Under the pieces are notes generated by a model that saw only the letters and a list, made by a program, of their open reading frames with translations, searched no databases and had not been told where the DNA came from. The translations under genes were made by a program, and so were the position numbers. Positions 12,516-25,634 of a DNA stretch of 64,000 nt are shown here, piece by piece (the stretch's first letter is position 1; each line of letters starts with the position of its first letter). The stretch comes from Octopus sinensis (lineage: Eukaryota). The stretch is from positions 36,890,001 through 36,954,000 of the forward strand of contig NC_043015.1 of assembly GCF_006345805.1 (NCBI RefSeq), given 5' to 3'.

Positions 12516-12548
<33 letters not shown>

Positions 12549-12693
12549 ATCTATCTATCTATCTAAATATCTATCGTTCGATCAATCGATCTGTCAGTCT
12601 GTCTGGCTGTCTATGTGTTTGTATCTATCTTTCTATCTATTTATCTGTTAGTCTACCTATATATCTATCTATCGAACTATTTATCTATCTATC

Positions 12694-12730
<37 letters not shown>

Positions 12731-13670
12731 ATCTATCTAATTGTCTATGTATGTATGTATGTATCTATCTATCTATCTATATGCTTCTTTGTGTACATGT
12801 CTACACTCATCACATTTTAGATAACTACACACAAACATACACAAATACACACACACGCAAGCACATCATCGGAATGCGTGGTTGTGCGCTAATGCCTGGT
12901 TTTATTAATGCGTGTATGTATATATATATATATATATATATATACGTGTGTGTGTGTATGTGTGTGAGCGTGTGTGTTTGTGTATTTATATGCACTTAAT
13001 ATGTCATCGCTCTGCATCCTACTCTTGTAGTGACATCTCTATTCAGAGCCGGTCACAGCCGCCATGCAAAGATACATAAACAAAGCGCAGCCACGACACC
13101 GCACTTCGTTTCTTTAAAGGTGAATTTGTTATACAATTGAAAATAAATATAAAACTATCATTCAAAATCTTGACATTTATCTCAAAGTTTTCTCGCTGTT
13201 TTCTGAATCAATCTGTAAACAGAGATCTTCATGTTCCGAGTAATGTTCCATTAGTTGGAGATTCATGATAACCTATTGGAAGCAAAATTGAAAAGGTTAC
13301 TCAACTCTCCTTGACATTACCTTCATAAACACGATTTCGTTTGCATTCATAATAAACATTACTTGCATGTCTTTCTTTTTATCAGCGTCGCCATTTTACA
13401 TACAATGCATTGGGTTACATGTCTAGACGGAATACAGCAACAACTCGCTTCAAATCTATTTATTCCTGTGTCATTCTCACAGTCTCTGTCTCCCTCCCCT
13501 CCCCTCTCTCTATCTGTTTATCTCTCTCTCTCTATCTATCAATCTATCTATCAATCTATCTATTTGTATCTTTCTCTTTCTATATCCTCAGTCATTTCCT
13601 GTGACTGATTAGCCTGCGCATGCGATTGAGAGACTCTTAGATTTTTACGCAGAGAGAGATACAGTTTGTC

Positions 13671-13701
<31 letters not shown>

Positions 13702-13731
13702 AGAGTGGGTGGGGTGGATTGACACTGGAAT

Positions 13732-13776
<45 letters not shown>

Positions 13777-13815
13777 ATGTATATATATATATAATATATA
13801 TATATATTATATATA

Positions 13816-13871
<56 letters not shown>

Positions 13872-13949
13872 GCATATATATGTATGTATATATGTATAGA
13901 TAGATAGATAGGTAGATAGGTAGGTAGATAGATAGATAGATAGATATAC

Positions 13950-14030
<81 letters not shown>

Positions 14031-15479
14031 TAACATTTTCTGACCACATGTTTGTGTTCATCTAATGTCTCTAATTTTTTCCTGTCCACAAACTATATGT
14101 CACAAGTGAGATAGGAATAAAGATGAAAGAAACCGGTTGATTGTAATGTTCAAACCTGTTCTGAATGGAAATATCAACGATAATATAACGACCAGTGAAT
14201 GATGTGGTTAGAGAATAGCTTTAACGTTTGAATATAAACACAGAAGACTGACACCAACCGAAATAAAAATGACCGAAACCATTTTAGCTAATTGGGTAAA
14301 ATAAGGCCGGATCTGTGCCAGTAATATCGGTACGTCCGGCAAAACCGTGACGCCTAAGCTGCAAGCAGATTGGTCAAAACTGTATTCGAAAAATTCAGCT
14401 TTTCGGAGCCTTCTAAGAAGTATAAAAAGGAATAGGTCAGTCGTTTTACTACAGTTGTTGAGAACTGAAATGTCAGTTAAATACATCTTGAAATCTGATG
14501 ATTGCTACAAAAGAATGAAAGCGTTAATTGAACTTTGTGAATATTAGAAAATAATTTCTTTTGTTTAACATTCTTCAACATTGTAAAAAAATATATTTTT
14601 AAAATAGTATAAGAAAAAATCGTGAAAACAATCCTATGTTTTAACTTTATTCAACTGATATACGTGTGTGTACATATATGTTTATATATATATATATATT
14701 GTTTGTTTCCGACTTCGTCTTTGCAGCCATCGCACCTTCAGTCTAACTCCTAGATCTCTTGATGTAATAAAGTTAGCGCCCTTGTTTGCAAGACCAGCTC
14801 TAACCTCAACAATATCAACAATATTTGTGATGAGGCTGGTTCTTGTTAATGCCGCCCTAGCTGTGGCAATTTTGTAAGGTTGCTTGAGGTCTCCCATCTC
14901 TCTCATCACCTCATTGGACTTAAGGAGGCACATTGACGCATGAAATATTCAATACAATTTATGTATGCATACATTTGGTGGGGGGATCGAGTCAAATAAA
15001 ATCGTTCTCAGCACATGGCTGTTATTAATTTTTTTCCTTAAAACCTGAAGAGGGAAAGGGGAAACTTTGCTTCGTCTGATCTAAAATCCCAGTGTAACGA
15101 GTCGGAACAAAAAAATGAAAACATGGCATTCAACACTCTAAAAACAAGTAGTTTTAATTTCTAACATAAACACGATTTCCTCATCTTTCTGCCATGAGAC
15201 TCAATCAAATCCTGTATTTCCTTGGAAGTTTTCTTTCAAACCGGTAATCAAGAATATCCAACTCAACACTGGAAACATTTCGGTCTCCTTGAGACAAACT
15301 TCCAAAACAAAATTCTGCATCATATCTCTTCCCGTGCATTACCGTTTCTGATTTTTCTAACACGTTAATGTTATAAAAGAAGTGATTGATGCTTGCATTG
15401 AGTTGAAATTTAATTCAGGGAACCTGATAAATACAATCGACACGCAGTCAGCTTGATGTCATCCTGTTGTATGATGTTG

Positions 15480-16010
15480 TAATGGTGAAATAGAGGAAGA
15501 TGAAATAGAGGCGTTAGATAGCGAAGAAACCAGAGGACAGCAACAAGCAGGTGGAGAGCTTCCTCCAAAGGCAAATGTCAAGGGTTTATGCATGAAGCGA
15601 AAGATTAGAGGGAGAGAAGCTATTAACGGCCCCGACATGTGTGAATAAAGAACAAAGGTCAGAATAACACAACATTGCAAAGAGTGAAGAACCACTTTAA
15701 AATGTTGCAATAGTAGTAGAAGTTATTTGTATGTAATTTCCCGAAAGGAAAGCTTGGCAAAGCAGAATAATCTGTCATAAAAAGGATGATCTAGAAGGGA
15801 TGGTTTTGCATAGATGTTTCCAGAAATGTACCAATCCTACGAAAATCAAGACAGGTCATGAGAATGGTTCAAGAGTGGAAATTTAAAGATGGTAACTGAG
15901 AGTTTGTTGGTGGTGGCTGAAGATCTAGCCCTGAACAGTAACAGAGTGAAGACTGGTAACTATTCTGTTCCCTCAATAACGACGTGTCACCTATGTAATA
16001 AACTTTGTGT
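15480..16010 (+). mobile_element. Degraded R4/Dong-type non-LTR fragment (thumb to zinc-finger region)
   Basis: Translations EIEALDSEETR...ELPPKANVKGLCMKRKIRGR and GNLKMVTESLLVVAEDLALNSNRVK. These resemble the R4/Dong motifs LDRKTR..LHPKA.V.RLY..R..GGRG and LK.ETE..I.AAQDQAL.T. Confidence 0.7.
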
Positions 16011-16789
16011 ATATTGCAGCAGGCAGCGAAATACTTGCTGAGAAAGAAGGTAAGCGACGTCATGATGAAGTTTCTCTCAGCGTTCATGGTCAAATAGATA
16101 AAAAAAGGAAACATAGATAAGCACATCCGTGATAAGTTCAAACATGTATCAGAAAAAAAGACGTACATGAACCTGGTAATCTAAATATTATGTAGAATTT
16201 TGATGTCGAGAAAATCTAGCACCAAAAGTAGGTGACATTACATATATAATATTTGGAAACATGCGCCCTCGTGACAGACGGTGCTACTGCTTCAAGCGGA
16301 ATATTGCGGACAAGGAAGAAGGAAAGACTTCGAAATACGATGCGTGAAATCGAGACATTTCTTCATGCGTATAGCTAATGAAATTGCTTATGATGTCTGC
16401 AATACTGAGGACACTCATTCACTTATGTAAGAGTATGAAATTATGTCATATGCTTGGGTTCGATTCAATATCTACCAGCCAAGTACTGGAGTCAACAGCA
16501 TAATCTAACCCCGTCTTTTTTAAATTACTAACACATGCCAACATTTAAAACTATTATTGTTCTCATTATTTTATTTGGCGGCACACGTTTCGCAGAAGTT
16601 TATAGATAATTGGTCTTCTTCCAGAGTTATTTGAGAAACTCTTTCATAAGGCCATCAATTCTGAGAACATAACTTTTAATTGATTCCATCGACCTAATAC
16701 AGATGGATAGCGTAGTTGGGATTTGAAACAGAATGTAATGAATCCGAAGAAATATTGCAAACACGTTTAAGCAAAAATTTGAAGCCATC

Positions 16790-16980
16790 AGTATAATGGT
16801 TTCAGATCTTGTCTTGAACTGCCAGTTTCTAGTTGGTCAATTACATTGACACAAGTATTTGAATGGTATCTATTTCAACAAATCCCGAAGGATGGAAGGC
16901 AAAGTTGACCTGAGCAGAATGTAAGGTTGGAACAAAAAGAAGGACGAAGTGCTTCTAAGCATTTGAGTGCAAAGAGCTAA
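16790..16980 (-). mobile_element. SINE family B, diverged
   Basis: Core cccgaaggatggaaggcaaagttgacct matches 10388-10418. Confidence 0.55.
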
Positions 16981-16984
16981 CTAT

Positions 16985-17420
16985 AGCGGATGGGGCTCAA
17001 TGTTATTGGATGAAGAAGCTGAGAGGGCCCCATGAAAGGATAGTGCAACAGCTAGATGAGTGCTTGCAGAAAGACGAAGTACCCAGCTGGATGACAAAGG
17101 TTAAGAAATTGTTGCGTACCAGAGATCCTCAAAACGGAAATGTTGCATCCATCTTTAGACCCAAAACATGTCTTCCGCTAATGTGAAAGCTAATGTCAGA
17201 TGCGTTGGCGGGTGAAGTATATAGATATAAGGATAACAGTGGGCTACTACCTATTGAACAGAAAGGGTATCGAAAGAGTGGCCGGGGAACGAAAGATCAG
17301 CACTTAATTGATGATCTAATCAAGAGGAAGTGCAAGGGAAGACAAACCAACCTGAACATAGCTTGGATTCACTATCGTAAACTATACGATAGGATACCAC
17401 ACTCCTGGATAATAAATGGA
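16985..17420 (+). mobile_element. R4/Dong-type reverse transcriptase fragment
   Basis: YWMKKL...PSWMTK...FRPKTCLPLM*KL...EQKGYRKSGRGTKDQHLID...LNIAWIHYRKLYDRIPHSWI, matching RT domains 0-3 of RLE-type non-LTR elements. Confidence 0.9.
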
Positions 17421-17569
17421 AATGTCTGGAGTAGCATGATGGGTATACTGAGCTTGATATATTTTACCCCAGTGTCACTTTCATAGCATGCTCTGCTCTC
17501 TCCGTCAATCAATCAGCCAACAACAACAACAATAATAATAGCAATAATAAAAAATATTGATGGAGAACA

Positions 17570-17888
17570 AGGTTTTAACTTTTGGTCGAAGGCCACCCAT
17601 TTTAAGACAGATGTAGGTCACTAACATAGACATCATTGCTCAAATGACAATTCATTTATCGATCCTGTATGGATCGAAGGCAAAGGTGACCATGCCAGGA
17701 TTGAACTCAAAACAAATAATCTTTTGTAATGGAGGCACAAGATCAGAAATTTTAGGAGGAGGGGCTGATCAACTAGCTTGTACTATTCTCTCGACTCCCG
17801 ACTGTATTAAATTTCAGAAAGTACAGGCGGACGAAATACCACTAAGCATTTTGTCCGGTTTGCTAACATTGCAGTCAGATTACCGCGC
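17570..17888 (-). mobile_element. Two diverged SINE family B remnants
   Basis: tttatcgatcc...gaaggcaaaggtgacc...ttgaactc and cggacgaaataccactaagcattttgtccggtttgctaac match 10298-10492. Confidence 0.55.
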
Positions 17889-17899
17889 TAGTAGTAGTC

Positions 17900-17983
<84 letters not shown>

Positions 17984-18350
17984 AAAATAATTGTAACAAT
18001 GATAATAATGATGATGATAAGGAGATGAAGATGATGATGAAGAAGAAGAAGAATGAGAAGAAGAAGACGAAGAAAAATGAGAAGAAGAAGAAGAAGAAGA
18101 ATGAGAAGAAGAAGAAGAAAAAGAAGAAGAAGAATTGGAAGAAGAAGAATTGGAAGAAGAAGAAGAAGAAAAAGAAGAAGAAGAAGAAGAAGAATTGGAA
18201 GAAGAAGAATTGGAAGAAGAAGAATTGGAAGAAGAAGAAGAAGAAGAAAAAGAAGAAGAAGAAGAAGAAGAAGAAAAAGAAGAAGAAGAAGAAGAAGAAG
18301 AAGAAGAAGAAGAAGAAGAAGAAGAAGAAGAAGAAAAGAAGAAAAGAATG
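17889..18350. repeat. Compound (AGT)n/(GAT)n/(GAA)n microsatellite
   Basis: Direct inspection. Explains the poly-S/K/E/R ORFs. Confidence 0.97.
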
Positions 18351-19027
18351 AATGAATGACGTAAATTTATTCCACCCTCTTGATCAGCGGAACGTTTAAC
18401 TTCGTTTGTCGGATTGTCCCTGTTAAAAATTGATTTCAAATTAGGTTTTTCATGATGAGGATTTGTGTTGGGTTTCGGGGTTTTCATACTTTATGAAGAT
18501 TTTCCCCGTTTGTTTTTTGGCGTATATTGTTATATTTGGTTTGTGAATTACGTACAAGGAAGGTGTTACAGCATCAACTAAACCCAATCGATACTATAAT
18601 CAATCACTTAACTACCCCCTCTTCACATAAAAGCATACACAGAAACCTCAGGTAAAGAGAAAGGTAAAATTACATTTGCTCAATCATTTTTGATCGATAA
18701 CAAATGTTTTTTCGCAGATATTTTTTTTTTTTGATTTCAAATATTGTCCTGTATTAGGTTTCATAACTCTACAATACATAACTCTACACGAAATACAACT
18801 CGCACGTGCATACACAGACACGCAGCACATTTCTGCGACATGCACATGTAGATATGCATGTTTCTATATGTATATGTATGTCCACACACATACACACACA
18901 CATATCTGCATATTTATTCATATATCCATATATATATGTATATATGTATGTGGGCACACAGATCTTCACAGTTGCACATACACACACATACCCCCACGCA
19001 CACATATTTATTTATTTATTTATTTAT

Positions 19028-19190
19028 ACAGGGGTCGGTTAATAAATTGTCGTCTAAATAACGTAAAAATGAAAATAATACTGGCGTCTCATTTTCACAG
19101 ATATATTTACAAAAATTACATTAAGATATTGAAATAAAGTAATCTATTCAACAAAATCGCCATCGGCTTCAACCACGGCCTCCTTCGGAA
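19028..19190 (+). mobile_element. Mariner-like terminal fragment
   Basis: TA followed by CAGGGGTCGGTTAATAAATTGTCG, a mariner-style end. No partner TIR seen. Abuts the element at 19194. Confidence 0.45.
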
Positions 19191-19193
19191 TCT

Positions 19194-19745
19194 CCTGATG
19201 CAGTACCAGGCAGTGGCTCTCGTGGTTTCTGATCTTAATAGGTTGGAAATGTTATCATGTACAATGTTTTGACTTGGTACAAAAGATGGGCTACAGCAAA
19301 TATTCTGCTCAGTACCACAGATTTGCTTGTCAGTTGTTTGACCATAACCAGTCGAGCATGTCCCTTAGCGGCTGACGATATGTGCATCTCTGATCGCGAG
19401 CAGAAGTTGTAGGGGAGCATCATAGCCATGTGTTGAGAGGGATTCTTTGGGATTTTAATAATTCACCTCTGGAAACATGGGTGTTTCGTTTAACATCCTT
19501 AAAGAACCCTTATTCAGGGACCGTTTGAGCGGGATGGGTTACTTGACCAGAAGAAAATTCTAACTGGGTCCCACCTGCAAGTTCATGTGCTGTTTATCTT
19601 GATATGAGATCACCAAGCCGCGCGCACATGGTTGTGATGCATGTGCCTAGTGTACCCTTAACAGACTGGTAGTCATGATGAGTAGATTGGGCTTCGCATA
19701 TTTTATCTCGGTGTCACTTTGATGGCATGCAATGCTCTCTCACTC

Positions 19746-19747
<2 letters not shown>
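19194..19747 (+). mobile_element. About 555-bp non-coding retroelement, family D, ending in (TAA)n
   Basis: Full-length homology in opposite orientation to 54757-55313. Followed by (TAA)n to about 19802. Confidence 0.88.
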
Positions 19748-19803
<56 letters not shown>

Positions 19804-19899
19804 TTTTCAAATTTTATCCCAAACGCAGTAAATTTTAAAGGAAATGGTTAATCAATGAAATAAATTCCAGTGCTCAACTGTCTCAACTGGTTCTTTAAC

Positions 19900-20760
19900 A
19901 AATATGTCCCTGGATTCTTACGTATCATTTGTGTTTGTGTGGCGTTATGAAATTCGTTTTACTGCCTGTGTTTTTATGAAATTTGTGCCACATGGTTTTA
20001 TGAAAATTTACTCTTGTGCCACTCTGAAGGTAATTAATTCCTCTGTATTTACGAATGCATTCCCTACTCATTTACCAAATGTGTTCTAACGATGTTATAA
20101 AGGGTTGCCCTTCATGAGACGTTTTGTTGCATTTTGTATGAAATTCATTCTGCGTTTTTAAAGTTTCTTACGCAATTGTGAAGTCTGTTTCTGTTCCTGT
20201 GAAGTATGTCGTATGCATTTAAGAAATACTCTGCTATGCCTGTTGTGTATTTATGAAATAAATTTGTGTTCTTGTTGTGTTCCTGGCTATGCAAGCATTT
20301 TGCACCACTCATCAAATATTTCATAATATATTTATGAAATATGGCACTATTTCTATGAAATATGCACCTATGTCAGCGAAATGCATTCCTGATTTTTACT
20401 AAACCTATTCTTGTGTATTTCTTGTTTCTCTGTGCTTTCATGATGTTTCTGGGGATTATCGAACGTATTAAAGGACCTGCATTAAATATCTTCACTTCGA
20501 TGTTTAGTAAATCCCTTCTAGTACATCAGTGGTGCTTCTATGCATTCGAGAATTCTGTTAATATGTCGTCCCAAACTTTTCTAATCCCTTTATGAAATGT
20601 GTCCTAATACATTTGTGAGGATCTGCTCGTGCATTATTATTAAACACGTCCTTGCACATATTGTCTTTCTGCGTATTTATAAAATATGCAGTGTATGTCA
20701 AAATATTTTAGTGGACATTTATGGATGATGTTCCTAAGTTCTTACGAAATAACCTCGGTA
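19900..20760. repeat. Highly degenerate minisatellite, unit about 22 bp
   Basis: Recurring TT(A/G)TGAAAT-N-TGT-like motif. Rough consensus TTTATGAAATATGTCCTATGCA. Confidence 0.55.
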
Positions 20761-21467
20761 GCCGAAGTACATGTATGTACTTGTATATAATTATAAGCCT
20801 GCAGTAAATAGGCATTTATTTTCGATACACTTTCAACAGGAATTCATGCGGCCACAATGGATTTCATTTATTAGATAAATTTTCAATAACTTTGAAGACA
20901 ACGGAAAATGCGTCGCCGGTTGATCGTTTAGTCAGCTAGAAGTAATAGCTCAATTCTATTTACACCAGTAGCTACAATCATAATAATTTGAGACAATTAT
21001 TGGGAAAATTCTAATTAGATGTAACATGACATAAATAAACTATGGAAAAAATAAGTACTACAATGAATAGCATCATTGGTGTTCTGGATCAAAGTTGAAT
21101 AAGAACTCAAAACCACCAACAACTACAACAGTTGATAAGCTTACAATCAAATAATAGAAAAAAACAATAACAATAACAATGTGAATATAAAGAACAACAC
21201 CAACAAAGACAAACAAACAGCAACAACAATAACAAGAGCAATAACAACAGCAGTTACAAGAACAAGATCTTTATCCGGTGACGTTGCATCATGGCGTTTG
21301 AGTGAGAGACGTTCAAATGCATTGTATTTTGTTTATGCAGATTTCTGCAAACGCATACTTTTCATGGATAGCTTAACCCACGAGCACGAACCTCGTAATA
21401 TATGCACATACACGCGAACACGGATACACGCACAAGCATGCGGAAGATAGATGCATACATACACAGG

Positions 21468-21578
<111 letters not shown>

Positions 21579-21707
21579 CATGTATGTATGTATGTATGTC
21601 TATACATATGTACATGCAAGCACAGACTCACCTGCCCTCCCCACACACATGTATACATTTATGCATTTGAAGACATCGCTACATAAATACAACGCGCATA
21701 TATATGT

Positions 21708-21757
<50 letters not shown>

Positions 21758-22866
21758 CGATGATCGTGCGTGTGTGCATCAGACGCTGATAACTGCGAGG
21801 AAGAAGCAGAAGGGTTTCCACAAACAAATGCAATGCAAATGGCGATATGTCATAGAAATAGAAACGGAGCAGCCAACCTTGAAGCTATTTACTCAACTAA
21901 ATTCTATTTATTTGATCTTTATATAACAGAAACAAATTGCGACCAAAAGAGCAAAGACTTTACCACCAACACCACCACCACCACCATCCACCAAGCCGCC
22001 CAAATCTCCGACATCATCCTCATCATCATCATCATCACCAATATAACATAATGATGATAACAATAATGATAATGATGAAAAAAACATCACGTTCTCCAGA
22101 GATGAGAATGTGAGGATACTAAGTTAATTTAATGTGTATAGAAGAGGTTTAGCTAACTTGGTTGATTCAAGCTAAGCTAAGCACAAAGAATGATTGCTGA
22201 TACACGCGTCATGCTTATAACATCGTGAAAATTAAATGACTTTGCTAAAAAGAGCAAAAGTGCACATCAAGTGACTATATTGTATTTACTACAGCATTAT
22301 TCCTTTAATGCACGGAATTCTTTTGATTTATTCTTGTTTATATTTTAAGCAAAGGCTTTCAGCTTCGGCTAATCTAATAGAATCGTGTAGTGTATGATTT
22401 TTTTGGCTTAGATTTATAGGGTACGTTTTCATTGTGAATGTTTCAGTGTAAGCGTATGTATGTATATGTTTGTGCGACTGCGTATGTATGTGATTGTGTG
22501 TGTGTATGACAGTGTGTGGTTAGTATGTGTATGGGAATATTAATGCATTCCCTATTTAATCTGGTCAAAGAACCTAGTTTTTTGCCTCCGGTGCACATTC
22601 AAGGATAAACAGTTGATCGTTTACACCGACTCTTCTCATTTTTAAAATCTTTTATATAATATATTTTTTCTATATACATATCAATCTATCAAACTATCTA
22701 TCTATCTGTATGTGTGTGTCTCTATTTGTCGCTATGTATCTGGACGTCTATGGATATGAGCCCGATTGCGCACGAATGTGTGTATATAGTAAGCATACAT
22801 ACAAAGACACACACACTCACAAAGAGACACACATACACGCAAACATACATATGCGCATATATGTAC

Positions 22867-22907
<41 letters not shown>

Positions 22908-23151
22908 TATATATGTATATATGTGTATGCATATATACATATATATGCATATACATACATATATATATATATATTAAATATATATATATTTAAAAATATA
23001 TATTATATATACATATATAGATGAATGACGGAAACAGAAAATGGAGTTGGCAAAATTCTTTTTTCAACACAACGATCGTTGCGACCCATCATGCAGTTGT
23101 CCCTTGTGGATGGAATATTATACAATTAGTTGTGTTCTGTCCATTATTGGA

Positions 23152-23212
23152 AGCTACATTTCGTCATATGTTTCGATTCAAATATTTCGCTAAACATACT
23201 GATCTTCACTCG
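23152..23212 (-). ncRNA. Degenerate hammerhead in a PLE-type terminal fragment
   Basis: Minus strand: GUGAAGA-UCAGUAUGUUU...AAACAUAUGAC-GAAA-UG-UA. Extended stem II retained, C3 mutated. Confidence 0.4.
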
Positions 23213-23962
23213 ACATGCGGTGGCGCTTGACAAAATTTGACGTGAAGACACACACCTACATTCTTCTATATATATACATACATACATGCATACATATATG
23301 CATATATACATACATATACAACCATTGAAAATCATAGTTGACTTGAGGTTAAAGTAGGCCAAAGTGCGGTTGGGTCGCTAACGTATTTCTACACAGCCCC
23401 GCCTTCGCACGATATACAAGTTTTATGTGTATACATTATGGCTAAACAATTTTGAAATATATCTAGAAGAAACGAATTCACTTGCCATTAGTCTACGAAT
23501 TGGCTGAAGAGAAAGCATAATAATTACTAATATAAATAGGAATCAATAAATTATTGGTATTTGATGTTTTTTTTTTAAATTATTAACCTTTTACACGAAA
23601 AATGGCAATACACTTGCTGCCCAGTACTTATGGTCGATATCAAGAAAGAAAGCGGTACAATTACAATTAAGGTTTGCATAATTTTCGATGATGATGATGA
23701 TGATGATAGAAATAACGATAAAAATAATAATTACCATTTTAACAAAGAAAACAAAACACCCGTTACCATAAATGCATTTCGTATATAATAGCTATTATTC
23801 ACATATATTTGACAAATATATGAGTATGTGTGTGAATGTGTGTTTGCGTGTGTGAATGTATGCATGTATGTACATGTTATATAAGGCCGCAGTCAAACGG
23901 CGAAAAGAAGTAAAAGAATAAAAGAACGTCTATGTAGATAGAAACACACACACATATGTGTG

Positions 23963-24022
<60 letters not shown>

Positions 24023-24197
24023 TATATATATATATATATATCTATATATATATATTATATATATATATATATATATACATATGTATGTGTGCCTGTATAA
24101 TGTAATGTTGCGTGATACAACATTCAACAAAAGAAGTGCGCCATCTGGTGAGCGATAAATATTATTTATTTAAAGGAAAGAAACATATGTCTTTAAG

Positions 24198-24250
24198 TGC
24201 AACTAATAGTTTCATATGTTGAGAAATGTCTGAAACATATTCACCAGGCA
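24198..24250 (-). ncRNA. Degenerate hammerhead (A6 to G)
   Basis: Minus strand: UGC-CUGGUGA-AUAUGUU-(13 nt)-AACAUAU-GAAA-CUA-U-UAG-UU-GCA. A diverged inverted copy lies at about 24731-24776. Confidence 0.55.
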
Positions 24251-25481
24251 ACAAATATCTATCAACGAACTAAAATAAATTTGAATAAGAAAGGCAACTA
24301 ATAAAAAAAAACGTGGATGTTACAAAGGCGGAAAACAAAACCTAAAATGTAAAAATTAAAAAAAAAGGTAAAGGAGTTATCACCCTTAGACCTTAAATTA
24401 TATGGCTGGAAAGATATCAACAAGGTAATCAGGATTAGACGAAATTTTCCAACTCTTCAAAATATATTTGTCCATATGCTTACAACTATTGGATATTTGA
24501 GCCCTAGAGTTTAGTACAGAGCTGGGAATCTTAGATCTGAACAGGATCTGCACTCTTTCAGCTAAACAAAGCCAACATTTATCCGATCCTATTTTACCAT
24601 TTACTTTTTACACTATCGGTTTTGTATTTTCGTTTTCCGTTTTTAAAACTTCTGCGTTTTCTAAATGCTACCTTTTCAGTTTTTTCGTGTTCTTTTATTC
24701 ATTTTTTTAGTTCATTATAATATGTGGTTTGTGCCTAATGAACATGTTTGAGATATTACTGAACATATGATACTATGTATATATGTATAGTAAACTATAT
24801 CTTTAAGATGATCTCTATTAGAGACGAAAGCAGTATTCATACGAAGATCAAGTGTTTACGTTAAGTGATGGATACTCGTCTACTAAATATAGCAGTAGTT
24901 TACCGCCACCACAAGATGCAATATATACAAAGACAATGTCACACAGACACTGGTTTGTAACTAACAAATTAACTTATTAGGAAACCCATAATGGAACAGA
25001 AAGTATATTTTTATTGAGAGGTAATGTTTATCTCCACCAGACGATATGGCTATAGTAACCCCGGAAGGACACATCCTCTAGCTGATTATTCAGTGTGCTT
25101 TGCACTCGATATATATTCCATGCGGGGAGAAAACAGCCGATTATTTTAGCTCAGAGGTCTCCAGATATTATAACTTCTATCTCATTTAAATCGTCATCAG
25201 TGGTGGATAATCGTCTGCTAGACATAGCGGTAGTCCAACCCATCTTACGGTATACAGAAAAACAATGCCATACAGCTCTCGGTTATGGAACTAGCGAATT
25301 ACCTGAACACCCACATTTAGGTGGCCATAACCATTAATTCTCAGTATAAATCCTGCTTTCGTCTCTAATACAATTTTCAGGCAAGAAGCCCAAAACAAGC
25401 AAGAGCAAGTCTAGGGAACTCCCACTCCTTGTCTTTCGTTTGCCAGCGTCTCTTCTTAGCTTCCCTGTTTTATACATACAC

Positions 25482-25526
<45 letters not shown>

Positions 25527-25634
25527 ATATATTTTTAAACATACATATATACGCATCTACATACTTATATATAACATATTCCAACATATATACTTATATA
25601 TACATATATTTACATATATATATATATATATATA

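Noticed and set aside
17644-18487. 235-aa and 199-aa ORFs with poly-S/K tracts
   Set aside because: They are made of SINE remnants plus trinucleotide repeats.
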